Shown here: positions 8,278-17,698 of the stretch, in pieces
Position numbering within the stretch: position 1 is the stretch's first letter
Layout: every line of letters begins with the position of its first letter
Origin: a virus
Length of the DNA stretch: 64,000 nt
Virus genome (UHGV): UHGV-1378817
Reading direction: 5' to 3' (one strand)
Position numbers and translations under genes: made by a program
The notes under the pieces: generated by a model
Told to the model about the DNA's origin: nothing
Databases searched by the model: none
Seen by the model: the letters and a program-made list of their open reading frames with translations, nothing else

Positions 8278-8624
8278 AGAAGTTGATTGTGTGGCTGGAT
8301 GACTTGAGAGACCCGTCAAATTATGGGCTCCCAGACGCTATTTGGCTAAAGAATTCCTCCGAGTTTATGGATTTTATTAACGATAATAGAAAGCTCTACA
8401 GACGCGTTTCTGAGTGGCATATGGACAACGACCTTGGAGAGGTATTAGAAGGGTACGATTGTCTATCTATGTTGGAGGAAAAATTTGTATTTGGTAAGCC
8501 TCCTGTAGTTGACAACGTGAAGATTTTCGTGCATACTTCTAACCCATCAGCTGCTCGTAAATTCATGCTTGCAGCTGACTCGTTTAAAAAGTTTGGAATA
8601 GAGATTAAACAAAACATCTACTGA
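8274..8624 (+). CDS. hypothetical protein
   Basis: 116-aa ORF translationally coupled to the RNA ligase gene; no motif I recognise. Confidence 0.45.
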   Translation: MKKLIVWLDDLRDPSNYGLPDAIWLKNSSEFMDFINDNRKLYRRVSEWHMDNDLGEVLEGYDCLSMLEEKFVFGKPPVVDNVKIFVHTSNPSAARKFMLAADSFKKFGIEIKQNIY

Positions 8625-8632
8625 GGACACTT

Positions 8633-9394
8633 ATGCGACGACTTATTATTATCTCCGGTGCTGGTTTGAGCGCTGAATCTGGTATTCCCACTTTCCGATC
8701 TGGTAGCACTGCAATGTGGGAGAATTTCAGCATCGATGAGGTGTGCAACATCCACACCTTTGCCAAGAACTACTATAAGGTGCATGACTTTTACAATGCA
8801 CGTCGTGTAGCTCTAGGCAGTGTTGAGCCTAACCTTGCACATCTTCGGATCGCTGAGTGGTATTCCCGCTGGTCTGGTCGTGTGATCAACCTTACCACCA
8901 ATGTAGATGATTTGCTGGAGCGTGCTGGTGTAAAACATGAAGATATTTTACATGTCCACGGGTATTTGCCAGAAATAGTCTATGAGGACGATGAAGGAAG
9001 TGACGTCATTAAGGACATTGGATACTCTGAGGTAGACGCAGGAAAGTATACCTGGGTTAAGCCTAATGTGGTGTTCTTCGGAGAAGTAGCTCCGAAGTAT
9101 ACAGACATGTATGACCTGTTGACTTCTCTTACGAGCAATGATATGGTTATCCTTGTAGGGTGCTCCAACACAGTTATCAATTTTAACTGGGAGCTATTCC
9201 CTGCCTGCAATAAGGGAACAAAACTGCTGATCGTTAACAAATACGACTCACAGCAGCTAGGGGAGAATGGCATTTCACGTAGTGATATTTACCAATATGA
9301 GGATCGCGGCATCCCAGTTTGGTTTAACGGGGCGGTTGATGCTTTCTCTGATAAAACATTCATTGAGACCGTAGAAAACTTTATGGAACTTTAA
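8633..9394 (+). CDS. Sir2 (sirtuin) family NAD-dependent protein
   Basis: N-terminal GAGLSAESGIPTFRSG matches the sirtuin NAD-binding motif GAGISAESGIPTFRG; downstream NxxD...HG pattern (TNVDDLLERAG...HVHG). Confidence 0.7.
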   Translation: MRRLIIISGAGLSAESGIPTFRSGSTAMWENFSIDEVCNIHTFAKNYYKVHDFYNARRVALGSVEPNLAHLRIAEWYSRWSGRVINLTTNVDDLLERAGVKHEDILHVHGYLPEIVYEDDEGSDVIKDIGYSEVDAGKYTWVKPNVVFFGEVAPKYTDMYDLLTSLTSNDMVILVGCSNTVINFNWELFPACNKGTKLLIVNKYDSQQLGENGISRSDIYQYEDRGIPVWFNGAVDAFSDKTFIETVENFMEL

Positions 9395-9407
9395 AAGGAG
9401 ACCTTTA

Positions 9408-10121
9408 ATGCTGAATACCAAATTAATTGACAACCTGGAAAAACTGTCCCAACCTGAAAACTACCTTTGGTCTGCCAACTGGGTGGAAAACTGGAACCGT
9501 GTGGCAGCTAAAGTGAAAAAATCATACACACCATTCGAATTACAGCTTAGCTTCATTGAGGAAGAGTTCAATGAAGTTTTGGAAGAGCTGGAGAAAGGTG
9601 ATGGCGGAGATCACCTGCTAAAAGAGGCCTGCGATCTTCACGTTGTCACAAGTTATGCCGCTTATCTTGTTAATGATAATCACGAAAAGTGGTCAAACCT
9701 GTTTGATAATCCACAGGGTCTTAAGTTCAAGATCGGTGAGTTCTATGATACACTGATCGCTGCGAAAAACACCTCTAAGCAAAAAGCGTCCGCTTACCGC
9801 TTAGCAGAGTTGTCAACAGCTTTGCTGTTCCAGCTTCGCGGCGATGTGTGCGGGATGATGCGTAAGGTTCTCAAATCGAATGACAGCAAGTTTGCACGGG
9901 TCAACCATCTACGGTATTCACACGGTGCCAGTGCAGATATGCCTGCTGAACAACTCATCGAGTTGGAGATTAAAGATCTTGAGCGACGCTTTGATGGTCG
10001 ATATGAAGGTTTTGTTGCTAAGGAAGAATTCTACAACGGTAATAAAGTTATCATATTCCTTGACAGCAAAGGTAAGATCATGAAGCCTTCGAGCTTCAAG
10101 GATGTAACAGAGTATATTTAA
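9408..10121 (+). CDS. hypothetical protein, possibly MazG-like all-alpha NTP pyrophosphohydrolase
   Basis: FIEEEFNEVLEELEKGD...LLKEACDLHVV resembles the MazG EExxE...D acidic motif; weak. Confidence 0.3.
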   Translation: MLNTKLIDNLEKLSQPENYLWSANWVENWNRVAAKVKKSYTPFELQLSFIEEEFNEVLEELEKGDGGDHLLKEACDLHVVTSYAAYLVNDNHEKWSNLFDNPQGLKFKIGEFYDTLIAAKNTSKQKASAYRLAELSTALLFQLRGDVCGMMRKVLKSNDSKFARVNHLRYSHGASADMPAEQLIELEIKDLERRFDGRYEGFVAKEEFYNGNKVIIFLDSKGKIMKPSSFKDVTEYI

Positions 10122-10128
10122 CAACATA

Positions 10129-10147
10129 GCCGGGATTACCCGGCTTT
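10129..10147 (+). terminator. putative terminator hairpin
   Basis: AGCCGGG-att-ACCCGGCT followed by TTT, directly after the stop of ORF 9408-10121. Confidence 0.4.
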
Positions 10148-10154
10148 ACTTGTT

Positions 10155-10493
10155 GTGGAAAGTATGCAAGTGAGGAAGATAGTTATGTACAAGCACTCTA
10201 GAGATCTTGAAAACGATGCTGTGTTTGGGGATCAGATGAAAGAGTTGGTTAAACTCATAGGCAGGATAGAGGATAAGTTTGACACTAAGATCTACATCGA
10301 CAGCAAAGTATTCAACCACAAAATATGGACAAATCTGTGTGTTGGACTACATGGAGATAAAGATGTGGTAAATTTAGTTGTAATTAAGTTCATAGTGTGG
10401 CAGAATAAAACTATAAATTATTACGATCCACACCTGCTTGTTTACCCGATAAAAGACCTATTAGATAAGGAGGACTGCAGTGCCGTTATTTAA
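10155..10493 (+). CDS. hypothetical protein
   Basis: 112-aa ORF in the plus-strand operon. Confidence 0.35.
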   Translation: MESMQVRKIVMYKHSRDLENDAVFGDQMKELVKLIGRIEDKFDTKIYIDSKVFNHKIWTNLCVGLHGDKDVVNLVVIKFIVWQNKTINYYDPHLLVYPIKDLLDKEDCSAVI

Positions 10494-10749
10494 TCTTGCT
10501 AAACCTGTAGAAGCACACCAGTTTGACGGAAGCTCTTCATCAGTATCTGATCTGCAACGGTGGATTGATACAGGTGTGTTTACATCGTCACCTGTTCGTA
10601 CCAGAGATCTTCGTCGCATGTGTGAGCTTGTCGAGCCGTTTGGTAACCTGGTCTTGTACCAGGGAGATTGGTTAGTTGACTTTATGGGAGACTGGTTGGT
10701 AATGAGTAAAGAAGAGATGTTTAACATTTTTAAGGAAGAGGCCGAGTAA
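10480..10749 (+). CDS. hypothetical protein
   Basis: 89-aa ORF; stop overlaps the DNA ligase start. Confidence 0.35.
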   Translation: MPLFNLAKPVEAHQFDGSSSSVSDLQRWIDTGVFTSSPVRTRDLRRMCELVEPFGNLVLYQGDWLVDFMGDWLVMSKEEMFNIFKEEAE

Positions 10750-12032
10750 TGCATCAGATCAAAACAACACTGTACGCACTGAACAAAGATGGCAGCTACC
10801 AACAGTGGAAAGTATTCACGGATGGTGATAAGGTTATCGTAGAGTTTGGCAAGCTTGATGGTAAACTGCAATACAAAGAGACGGTATGCACGCCTAAGAA
10901 CGTAGGTCGTGCCAACGAGACTACCGCTGAGCAACAGGCCGAGCTTGAGGCTATTAGCAAGTGGGAAAAACAAGTCCGTCTTGGGTATGTTGAGAATATG
11001 GAAGATTGCGAGCAGGGTGTTGACCTTTTACCCATGCTGGTGCATGACTACCTGAAGCGTGGCAAGGCTCTTAAATTACCTTGCTGGATCTTGCGTAAGT
11101 TAGATGGCCTTCGTCTACTTGTTGTTTTCCAGAATGGTGAGCCCAAATTTATTTCCCGTGGTAATAAGTCCTACCCTATTCAAGGAAAGCTTCTGGAGCA
11201 ACTTCGCTCTTTCCACCTCACCACTGGGATTAAACAGCTCGACGGAGAGCTCTATATTCATGGTCTGCCTCTGCAGAAAATAGTTTCTCTTGCTAAACGA
11301 TGGCGCACACAGGAAGAAATTCAGGCCGAGATCGATAAAGACTACAAGGCAGATAAAAAACGCCGTCAGGCTGCTATTAAGGCAGGTTTAGCAACATACA
11401 AAAACTTCAATAAGATGGACATTCCTGTTGATGTTGAGCCTGTTCGTGATGATTTGCGTTACGGAGGGTATTGCAGCTACGACTTAGAGTATCATATTTT
11501 CGATATCCCTAGCGATAAGGTGTGGTGGGATCCTGAAACAGAGTCTGGGCGCTGTAAGGATCTTATGGAGGCAAATGGTGCCATTTCTTCTTTGATGCTT
11601 GATCATATTAAGGTTGTTGATGCAGAGCTTGCATATACAGTTGATCGGTGCGAAGAGTCTGTTGGTATATTTATGTCTGAGGGATATGAAGGTACCATTA
11701 TGCGTAACTTCTGTGGTAAGTATGAGTATGGTCAGCGAACATCTGAAGCATTGAAATGGAAAAAGTTCAACGACGCAGAGGTGAAAGTTATTGACGTTGA
11801 GAAAGATAAGAATGATGAAGGTGTTCTTATCTGTGTTGACAAGGAGGGTGTTGTTGTTAAAATGAAGATGAAAGGCACGCACGAGGAGCGTAGCTATGAC
11901 AGGATGCAGGAAATGATCGGCAAGTTTGTCACCTTCAAATATCAAGCAAGGACAGAAGACAACAATTACCAATTCCCTGTCGGTATCTGCGTCCGAAATG
12001 TTAACCCGGACACTTGGGAGGTGCTGGAATGA
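10749..12032 (+). CDS. ATP-dependent DNA ligase
   Basis: Motif I KxDGxR (ILRKLDGLRLLV), motif IV-like SEGYEGTIMRN, motif V-like LKWKKF; 427 aa. Confidence 0.75.
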   Translation: MHQIKTTLYALNKDGSYQQWKVFTDGDKVIVEFGKLDGKLQYKETVCTPKNVGRANETTAEQQAELEAISKWEKQVRLGYVENMEDCEQGVDLLPMLVHDYLKRGKALKLPCWILRKLDGLRLLVVFQNGEPKFISRGNKSYPIQGKLLEQLRSFHLTTGIKQLDGELYIHGLPLQKIVSLAKRWRTQEEIQAEIDKDYKADKKRRQAAIKAGLATYKNFNKMDIPVDVEPVRDDLRYGGYCSYDLEYHIFDIPSDKVWWDPETESGRCKDLMEANGAISSLMLDHIKVVDAELAYTVDRCEESVGIFMSEGYEGTIMRNFCGKYEYGQRTSEALKWKKFNDAEVKVIDVEKDKNDEGVLICVDKEGVVVKMKMKGTHEERSYDRMQEMIGKFVTFKYQARTEDNNYQFPVGICVRNVNPDTWEVLE

Positions 12033-12156
12033 TGTAGTGAGGTTCAGTAGGTAACGGTAGCCAATTGAATGATGGTTTTTCAATTGGCACCTACATAACC
12101 ACACTATGTAGTGTTGTTGATCGGGTTAGTTATGAGTAAACTGGAGAGTATGAAAG

Positions 12157-12627
12157 ATGAAACTTGATAAAAATGTTCAACGAAAAGCTTTCTTGGATAT
12201 GATCGCATATTCGGAAGGCACAGATAATGGTAGACAACCTACCAAGGATCGGGGGTACGATGTCATAGTCGGAGGCAAGCTGTTCAGCGATTACAGCAAG
12301 CATCCCGGTGTTTACGTTAAGCTAAATGCTAAGCTTACCTCCTCCGCTGCTGGGCGTTACCAGGTTTTGGAGAAGTTTGCTAAACACTACATGAAACAGT
12401 TAGGATTACCAGATTTTGGCCCTGCCAGTCAGGACAAGATTGCGTTGCAACTGATCCGTGAGTGCAAGGCTCTCGCCGACATTGACGAAGGGCGTATCCA
12501 CGAAGCTATCCGCAAATGCCGTTCCCGCTGGGCTTCGTTACCCGGTGCCGGATATGGTCAGCATGAACAGAAGATCGAGAAGTTGATCGAGGTGTTTAAA
12601 AAGGCAGGCGGCATTGTTCTGGATTGA
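12157..12627 (+). CDS. endolysin (lambda R-like lysozyme / lytic transglycosylase)
   Basis: QRKAFLDMIAYSEGTDNGRQPTKDRGYDVIVGG closely parallels lambda R (QRKAFLDMLAWSEGTDNGRQKTRNHGYDVIVGG). Confidence 0.75.
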   Translation: MKLDKNVQRKAFLDMIAYSEGTDNGRQPTKDRGYDVIVGGKLFSDYSKHPGVYVKLNAKLTSSAAGRYQVLEKFAKHYMKQLGLPDFGPASQDKIALQLIRECKALADIDEGRIHEAIRKCRSRWASLPGAGYGQHEQKIEKLIEVFKKAGGIVLD

Positions 12628-12690
12628 TCATTGACATAACCACACGGACGTGGTATTGTTACCTCATAAGATGTTCAGGAGGGTTTAACC

Positions 12691-12897
12691 ATGAAAGATT
12701 TTCTGTTGGCAATTTTGTTCATGGCAGCATGTCTGTCCTGTGGTGTCGTGTTTGCAGGTGAAACAGCGTATCTTGTCGATGTGTATCGGGACAATGGTAA
12801 ACGTATTTGCCTTTATGAGACAAGCCAAGGTGAGCTCTACGAGCTTGTGAAACAAGGCGAGGCAGGTTCCTGCCCTCGCACCCATTTCTTTGAATAA
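12691..12897 (+). CDS. small protein with N-terminal signal or membrane anchor
   Basis: MKDFLLAILFMAACLSCGVVFA hydrophobic N-terminus; directly downstream of the endolysin gene. Confidence 0.4.
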   Translation: MKDFLLAILFMAACLSCGVVFAGETAYLVDVYRDNGKRICLYETSQGELYELVKQGEAGSCPRTHFFE

Positions 12898-12906
12898 GGG
12901 GGATAC

Positions 12907-13371
12907 GTGGAAGACGGACGTTTAATGAAGTCTGAACGCAGGCTTATTGTGCAACTGATCCCAGAAACAGCTTGGTATAATAACCTCCGAAACGCTGTGA
13001 AGAAGAGTGAGTGGGATAAGATCCGTAAGAAGTGCTACAGAGAAGCCAACTACACTTGTGAGGTGTGCGGCGGTAAAGGCAGCAAACATCCAGTGGAATG
13101 TCATGAACTTTACACTTTCGAAGAGGGAGTGATCCGGCTTGTCGGACTGATAGCGTTGTGCCCAGATTGTCACACATCTGTGCATCCTGGGTTAGCAAAT
13201 ATCCGTGGAAAGTATGCTCAGGCAGTTAGTCAGTTGGCTAAGGTGAATAAGATCACTAAGGGTATGGCAGAGGCGTATTACCGAGACTGCTTTGCAGAGT
13301 GGCGTGAGCTTAGTAAAGTTCCGGAATGGAAGACTGACTTTTCTTGGATACATCAGTATTTGGAGAGTTAA
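12907..13371 (+). CDS. HNH-family endonuclease
   Basis: Paired Cys/His motifs CEVCGG...HPVECHELY...CPDCHTSVH typical of HNH zinc-binding nucleases. Confidence 0.55.
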   Translation: MEDGRLMKSERRLIVQLIPETAWYNNLRNAVKKSEWDKIRKKCYREANYTCEVCGGKGSKHPVECHELYTFEEGVIRLVGLIALCPDCHTSVHPGLANIRGKYAQAVSQLAKVNKITKGMAEAYYRDCFAEWRELSKVPEWKTDFSWIHQYLES

Positions 13372-14228
13372 GTGTGGTATACTACAATGACAATGATAAA
13401 GATGCAGTTGCTTGGTTGAAGAATCTAATATCTTTAGGACTACTTCCTCAAGGCGAGGTGGATGATCGTTCTATTACAGAGGTTACTGTAGAAGATCTTA
13501 GAGGTTTCACTCAGTGGCACTTCTTCGCTGGCATAGGTGGATGGCCTTTGGCCTTGAAACTTGCTGGCATTCCAGAAACTTGGTCGGTATGCACAGGATC
13601 TCCGTGCTGCCAACCTTTCTCTCAGGCAGGTAAGCAACGTGGAAAATTTGACCCAAGACATCTTGCACCAACATACCTCCGGCTCGTTAAACAGCTTAAA
13701 CCTGAGTTCATGTTTGGAGAGCAGGTTGCAAAAGCGGTTGAATCTGGATGGCTCGACGATATGCAGAATGAAATGGAAAACTCTGGTTACAGCTTCGGGG
13801 CTTCCATACTTAATGCTGCAATCCTCAACGCCCCGCACCGCCGCGAACGACTTTACTTCGGGGCAGTTAGCAACGTGGTTAACCCCTACGGTAACTCAGG
13901 TAGGGTGCAGATCTCAGGAAGCGATGGAAAGGCGCAAGCAACAACGCTTAGCAACTGGCAGGAAGTCATTAAGTCCTGGGAATCTGTGGGAGCAGGTGAG
14001 GATGTATTACGGGTGTGGGAGCATACAAGACAGTATCTATGCCGAGACGGAAAATGGCGTAAACTTCCTGAACCCGGCATTCCCTTGTTGGTTGATGGGC
14101 TATCCACCCCAATGGGATTGTCTCGCCACAAAGGCTTCGGTAACGCTATAGTTCCGCAAATAGGGGCACTTTGGGTGCAAGAGTTTATGAAGTCAGTGGA
14201 TGATTGTGTAAGAGGTGAGTATGGCTAA
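13344..14228 (+). CDS. DNA (cytosine-5)-methyltransferase
   Basis: Motif I FFAGIGGW, motif IV GSPCCQPFSQAG (PCQ catalytic Cys), ENV-like FGEQVAKAV. Confidence 0.6.
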   Translation: MDTSVFGELSVVYYNDNDKDAVAWLKNLISLGLLPQGEVDDRSITEVTVEDLRGFTQWHFFAGIGGWPLALKLAGIPETWSVCTGSPCCQPFSQAGKQRGKFDPRHLAPTYLRLVKQLKPEFMFGEQVAKAVESGWLDDMQNEMENSGYSFGASILNAAILNAPHRRERLYFGAVSNVVNPYGNSGRVQISGSDGKAQATTLSNWQEVIKSWESVGAGEDVLRVWEHTRQYLCRDGKWRKLPEPGIPLLVDGLSTPMGLSRHKGFGNAIVPQIGALWVQEFMKSVDDCVRGEYG

Positions 14229-14511
14229 GAAACCTGTAAAAGAGAAATTTGATAAGACAGCTTTTGTATTCGATACACCTCTGGACGACATCATCAGAGG
14301 TATGCAATCCTTGTATCGGAAGGCTGAATCTGAGCAGTTGTCTGAATCAGAACTTTACTGGCTTGGTTGGTGGGAGTTAAACCTGCCTAAAGCTGAAAGT
14401 TCTTGTCTGAGAACTGTTAAAACGTGCGCCCAAGAAAACGCTGCACTTGGAATCTACCACAAAAGGAAAAGATCAACAAAAAGCTCTCCAAGAAAGACCA
14501 AAAAGTCTTGA
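14215..14511 (+). CDS. hypothetical protein
   Basis: 98-aa ORF with basic C-terminal tail. Confidence 0.35.
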   Translation: MSMAKKPVKEKFDKTAFVFDTPLDDIIRGMQSLYRKAESEQLSESELYWLGWWELNLPKAESSCLRTVKTCAQENAALGIYHKRKRSTKSSPRKTKKS

Positions 14512-14536
14512 CAAAAGTGTTATTAATCTGATATTA
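14508..14536 (+). promoter_or_regulatory. sigma70-like promoter
   Basis: TTGACA-17 nt-ATATTA, upstream of ORF 14571 with AGGAG RBS. Confidence 0.45.
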
Positions 14537-14570
14537 TCGGTCAGATATCTATAAACTAGGAGAACTAGAT

Positions 14571-14879
14571 ATGCTTAAAATTTTTATTGTTGAAGATAAA
14601 GATATTGTCCAGTTGTATGCAAACGAGAATCATAAAGGTATGATTCTGAAGAAGGCAAGCAACCTTCATGAAAACACAATTCAACCTGGCGATGTAATTA
14701 AGATCTGTGGTTATATGATATCAGACTCCTTGATGAAAATAACCCACCACTGGGGGTCTAATCCGTTCCTTTTTGAAAAGTATTGGGATGTTGAGTCACT
14801 TATTGCAGAGAGTGATGATGCATTCCATTACAGCATCCAACCATCTTGCAGAATAACTAACAGGAGGGTCTTTGAGTAG
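14571..14879 (+). CDS. hypothetical protein
   Basis: 102-aa ORF with its own promoter and RBS. Confidence 0.4.
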   Translation: MLKIFIVEDKDIVQLYANENHKGMILKKASNLHENTIQPGDVIKICGYMISDSLMKITHHWGSNPFLFEKYWDVESLIAESDDAFHYSIQPSCRITNRRVFE

Positions 14880-16011
14880 AGAATATCCACTTATTGAGTC
14901 CATAGATTGTCTGGCTGATCTTCTTGAACCTGACGCTATAGTTTATTATGACTTCGATCAAGTTGCATATCAAGCTGCAGCAAGTTGTGAAAAAAGGACA
15001 ATTGAGGTAACACACAAAGCCTCCGGACGTAAGAAGATGTTTAAAACACGAACAGAGTTCTGGGGGCGGCAGAAGAACACCGTTGGTGGTTGGTTAAAAG
15101 CTGAGAATACCAACCGTGAAGCTGCATGTAAAAAGGCTGGCAAGGAGTTTATTCCGTGGACACGAGAAGATTTCGATGTCTTGGATATCCAAACCCCTGA
15201 TCCTGTAGAGAACTGCTTGCACACAATTAAGTGTAAAGCTAATGCAGTCCTTAATTATCTCGGTATTCCGGAAGATCGGTGCGTGGGGGTACTTGGAGGC
15301 ACAGGTAATTTCAGACTAGATCTTCCCATGCCGGAAAGATATAAAGCCAACCGTAACAATACTCTTCGACCACTGCTGCTTGGAGATGCAAGACAGTATC
15401 TCCAAAAGCAGTATAATGCTCAAGTGATCAACGGTATCGAGGCTGACGACTGGTTAGCTATCCAGCAATTTGAAGGTTGGAACCACTACCAAAAAACAGG
15501 TAAGTTCAACAAGTTTATTATCTCTATTGATAAGGACCAAAGAACACTACCGGGGCTTGTGTTCGATCCCATGCGAAACGATAAGGGAGATTTTGTAAGA
15601 GAAACCCCTATGCTGATCGATAACGGTATGGGAAACATCTTCATGAAGCCTAATGGAGAGGTTGGTGGTTACGGAATGCTGTTCTTCGGATACCAAATGC
15701 TGTGTGGTGATTCTGCTGACAACATCAAGCCGTATCAGGGACTTATCGGTAAGGGTAAGTTCGGAGATGCCTCAGCATTCTACCTACTGTCTCAGTGCAG
15801 CACTCCAAAGGAGATGTGGATGGCTATTATTGATCAGTACAAGAAGTGGTTCCCGAAAGGTGTTGTTAAGTATACTGACTTCAATGGTATTGATCGTAGA
15901 ATTTCCGTAGGTCAATGGATGAGTATAATTTTTGACTGTTTGTATATGAAGCGAACATTCAATGATCAAACAAAACTTGTTAACGTTCTTAGAAATGTTG
16001 GAGCAATTTGA
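14872..16011 (+). CDS. 5'-3' exonuclease / flap endonuclease (FEN family)
   Basis: GIEADDWLA and LCGDSADNIKPYQGL match the 5'-nuclease motifs (EADD; GDxSDNIPG). Confidence 0.65.
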   Translation: MSREYPLIESIDCLADLLEPDAIVYYDFDQVAYQAAASCEKRTIEVTHKASGRKKMFKTRTEFWGRQKNTVGGWLKAENTNREAACKKAGKEFIPWTREDFDVLDIQTPDPVENCLHTIKCKANAVLNYLGIPEDRCVGVLGGTGNFRLDLPMPERYKANRNNTLRPLLLGDARQYLQKQYNAQVINGIEADDWLAIQQFEGWNHYQKTGKFNKFIISIDKDQRTLPGLVFDPMRNDKGDFVRETPMLIDNGMGNIFMKPNGEVGGYGMLFFGYQMLCGDSADNIKPYQGLIGKGKFGDASAFYLLSQCSTPKEMWMAIIDQYKKWFPKGVVKYTDFNGIDRRISVGQWMSIIFDCLYMKRTFNDQTKLVNVLRNVGAI

Positions 16012-16343
16012 TGACTAAAAATTCTGTAGATAACGCAATTATGGAAGCTGTTTTTGAGGATGATCACACAACAGGGACACTTAAAACAAAAAATACATTC
16101 GTTGTTGCCACAGGTATGTGGCGGTTGTATGAAGATGACACCATTTCATACATCCTGTACACGGATGATTACGCAGATGACCGTGTATGGTCTGCTGTTT
16201 TAAAAGAGGATTGTGAGCTGATTGAGGGCGAGCGGTTATGCATGTTCACCAGTGTGGAAACAGATGTTAAGCTTTGCTCTCTCGTATTGTTCAAAGATAA
16301 GGCTTATGCTCCTGATGAAGGAGAGGAGGATGAGGAAGCATGA
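16008..16343 (+). CDS. hypothetical acidic protein
   Basis: 111-aa ORF, C-terminal EGEEDEEA. Confidence 0.35.
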   Translation: MMTKNSVDNAIMEAVFEDDHTTGTLKTKNTFVVATGMWRLYEDDTISYILYTDDYADDRVWSAVLKEDCELIEGERLCMFTSVETDVKLCSLVLFKDKAYAPDEGEEDEEA

Positions 16344-16969
16344 GAGAGCGTCTATTATCCATAGACCAGTCGTTGACACACACAGCTTGCGTTGTATGGG
16401 ACGATGGAAAGCCTGTTCATAAGGTTGTGTTACGAACTCAAAGCTCATCTGCAAAAGAGAAGAAACCAGGGACGGTTTCTTTTGCAACAGCTGCTGAGCG
16501 TATTGACTGGATCTGCAAACAGGTCAGATATTATATCCACACGCACGGCGTTGACACCGTAGTTATGGAAGGGCTTTCCTTTGGATCACGCGGGGATGCC
16601 ACACGTGAACTGGCTGGGTTGTTTTACGGTCTTGAAGTTATGCTTTGGGATGCCTTAGCTGATTGTGAAAATGACGGCCTGTTTAAGGTCCACACAGTGA
16701 CACCAACAACTGCCAAAAAGTTTGCTCGTAGTCATCTTCCTGAGGAACTGGCTTTCGAGGAGAAGAAAAAGCTTGACAAAAAGACAGGTAAAGAGCATAC
16801 TGTGAAGAAACCTGTTACAATGGATAAAAAGTTGATGGTTAAGGCCTGCGAAGTATCTGAACCTGGGTTCCTAGATGGGATCAATTTGGTACAAGGTAAG
16901 GCCGATCTCGCAGATGCTTATTGGATAGGCAGGGCGCATCTGGAGGGATTATCGCAAAGCGTAAAATAA
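16340..16969 (+). CDS. putative RuvC-like (RNase H-fold) junction resolvase
   Basis: N-terminal LSIDQSLTHTACVVWD and later VVMEGLSFG resemble RuvC-type catalytic acidic residues; weak. Confidence 0.35.
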   Translation: MRERLLSIDQSLTHTACVVWDDGKPVHKVVLRTQSSSAKEKKPGTVSFATAAERIDWICKQVRYYIHTHGVDTVVMEGLSFGSRGDATRELAGLFYGLEVMLWDALADCENDGLFKVHTVTPTTAKKFARSHLPEELAFEEKKKLDKKTGKEHTVKKPVTMDKKLMVKACEVSEPGFLDGINLVQGKADLADAYWIGRAHLEGLSQSVK

Positions 16970-17526
16970 GAAAGAAAGCTGTCAAAGCCCCCGTTCATAA
17001 CGGGTGGTTAAAAGATTCTAAGGACATAGCCAACTTTCGAAAAGAATTGTCAGAGGAGCAGGATGGTCTTGATCCGATCTTGTGCGAGCCACTTCGTAAG
17101 CCTTGTTTGGATCATGACCATCTGACTGGTCGTTGCAGGGGTGTTTTGTCACAATGCACTAATACCTTTGAGGGGTATGTGCTTAAATACTGGATGAAAT
17201 ACTGTAACGAGTATACAGATTGCAGTTTATCAGAGGCGTTGCGCCGGATGGCTGACTATTTGGAGAAAGACTACAGCGACTTCCCGCTCCACAAAAACTA
17301 CAGAGATGATATGACAAAGTTCTTGAGGAGATGCTCTAAAGCTACGATCATTGCACGAGCAGAATCAGATCTCAATCTTGTCATTAATCCAGAGTGCACC
17401 AAGCATGAGGCTATTGAGTTCTACATGCAGGAGTTTATAAAGAAAACTGAGGAGAGAGATTTCTATGGGGATGAAAAAGGTATTCAATCCTTGCGACTCA
17501 GTCCTGATCAGGATGAAATACCGTAA
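16921..17526 (+). CDS. endonuclease VII-like nuclease
   Basis: CEPLRKPCLDHDHLTGRCRGVLSQCTN matches the Endonuclease_7 pattern (C...C..DHDH.TG..RG.LC..CN). Confidence 0.5.
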   Translation: MDRQGASGGIIAKRKIRKKAVKAPVHNGWLKDSKDIANFRKELSEEQDGLDPILCEPLRKPCLDHDHLTGRCRGVLSQCTNTFEGYVLKYWMKYCNEYTDCSLSEALRRMADYLEKDYSDFPLHKNYRDDMTKFLRRCSKATIIARAESDLNLVINPECTKHEAIEFYMQEFIKKTEERDFYGDEKGIQSLRLSPDQDEIP

Positions 17527-17698
17527 CTGGAAAGGTGTTGTTGCAGATCGCTGCGTTACTGAGCCTAATTTATGGTTTGGCTCTACAGAGTATCATAAAG
17601 AAGAGCAGTGGTTGATGCGTGCCTTCGATGTAGACAAGGGCGAATATCGTGACTTCGCTTTAAAAGACATTCTTCAGTTTTACTAAGGAATCTTAACG

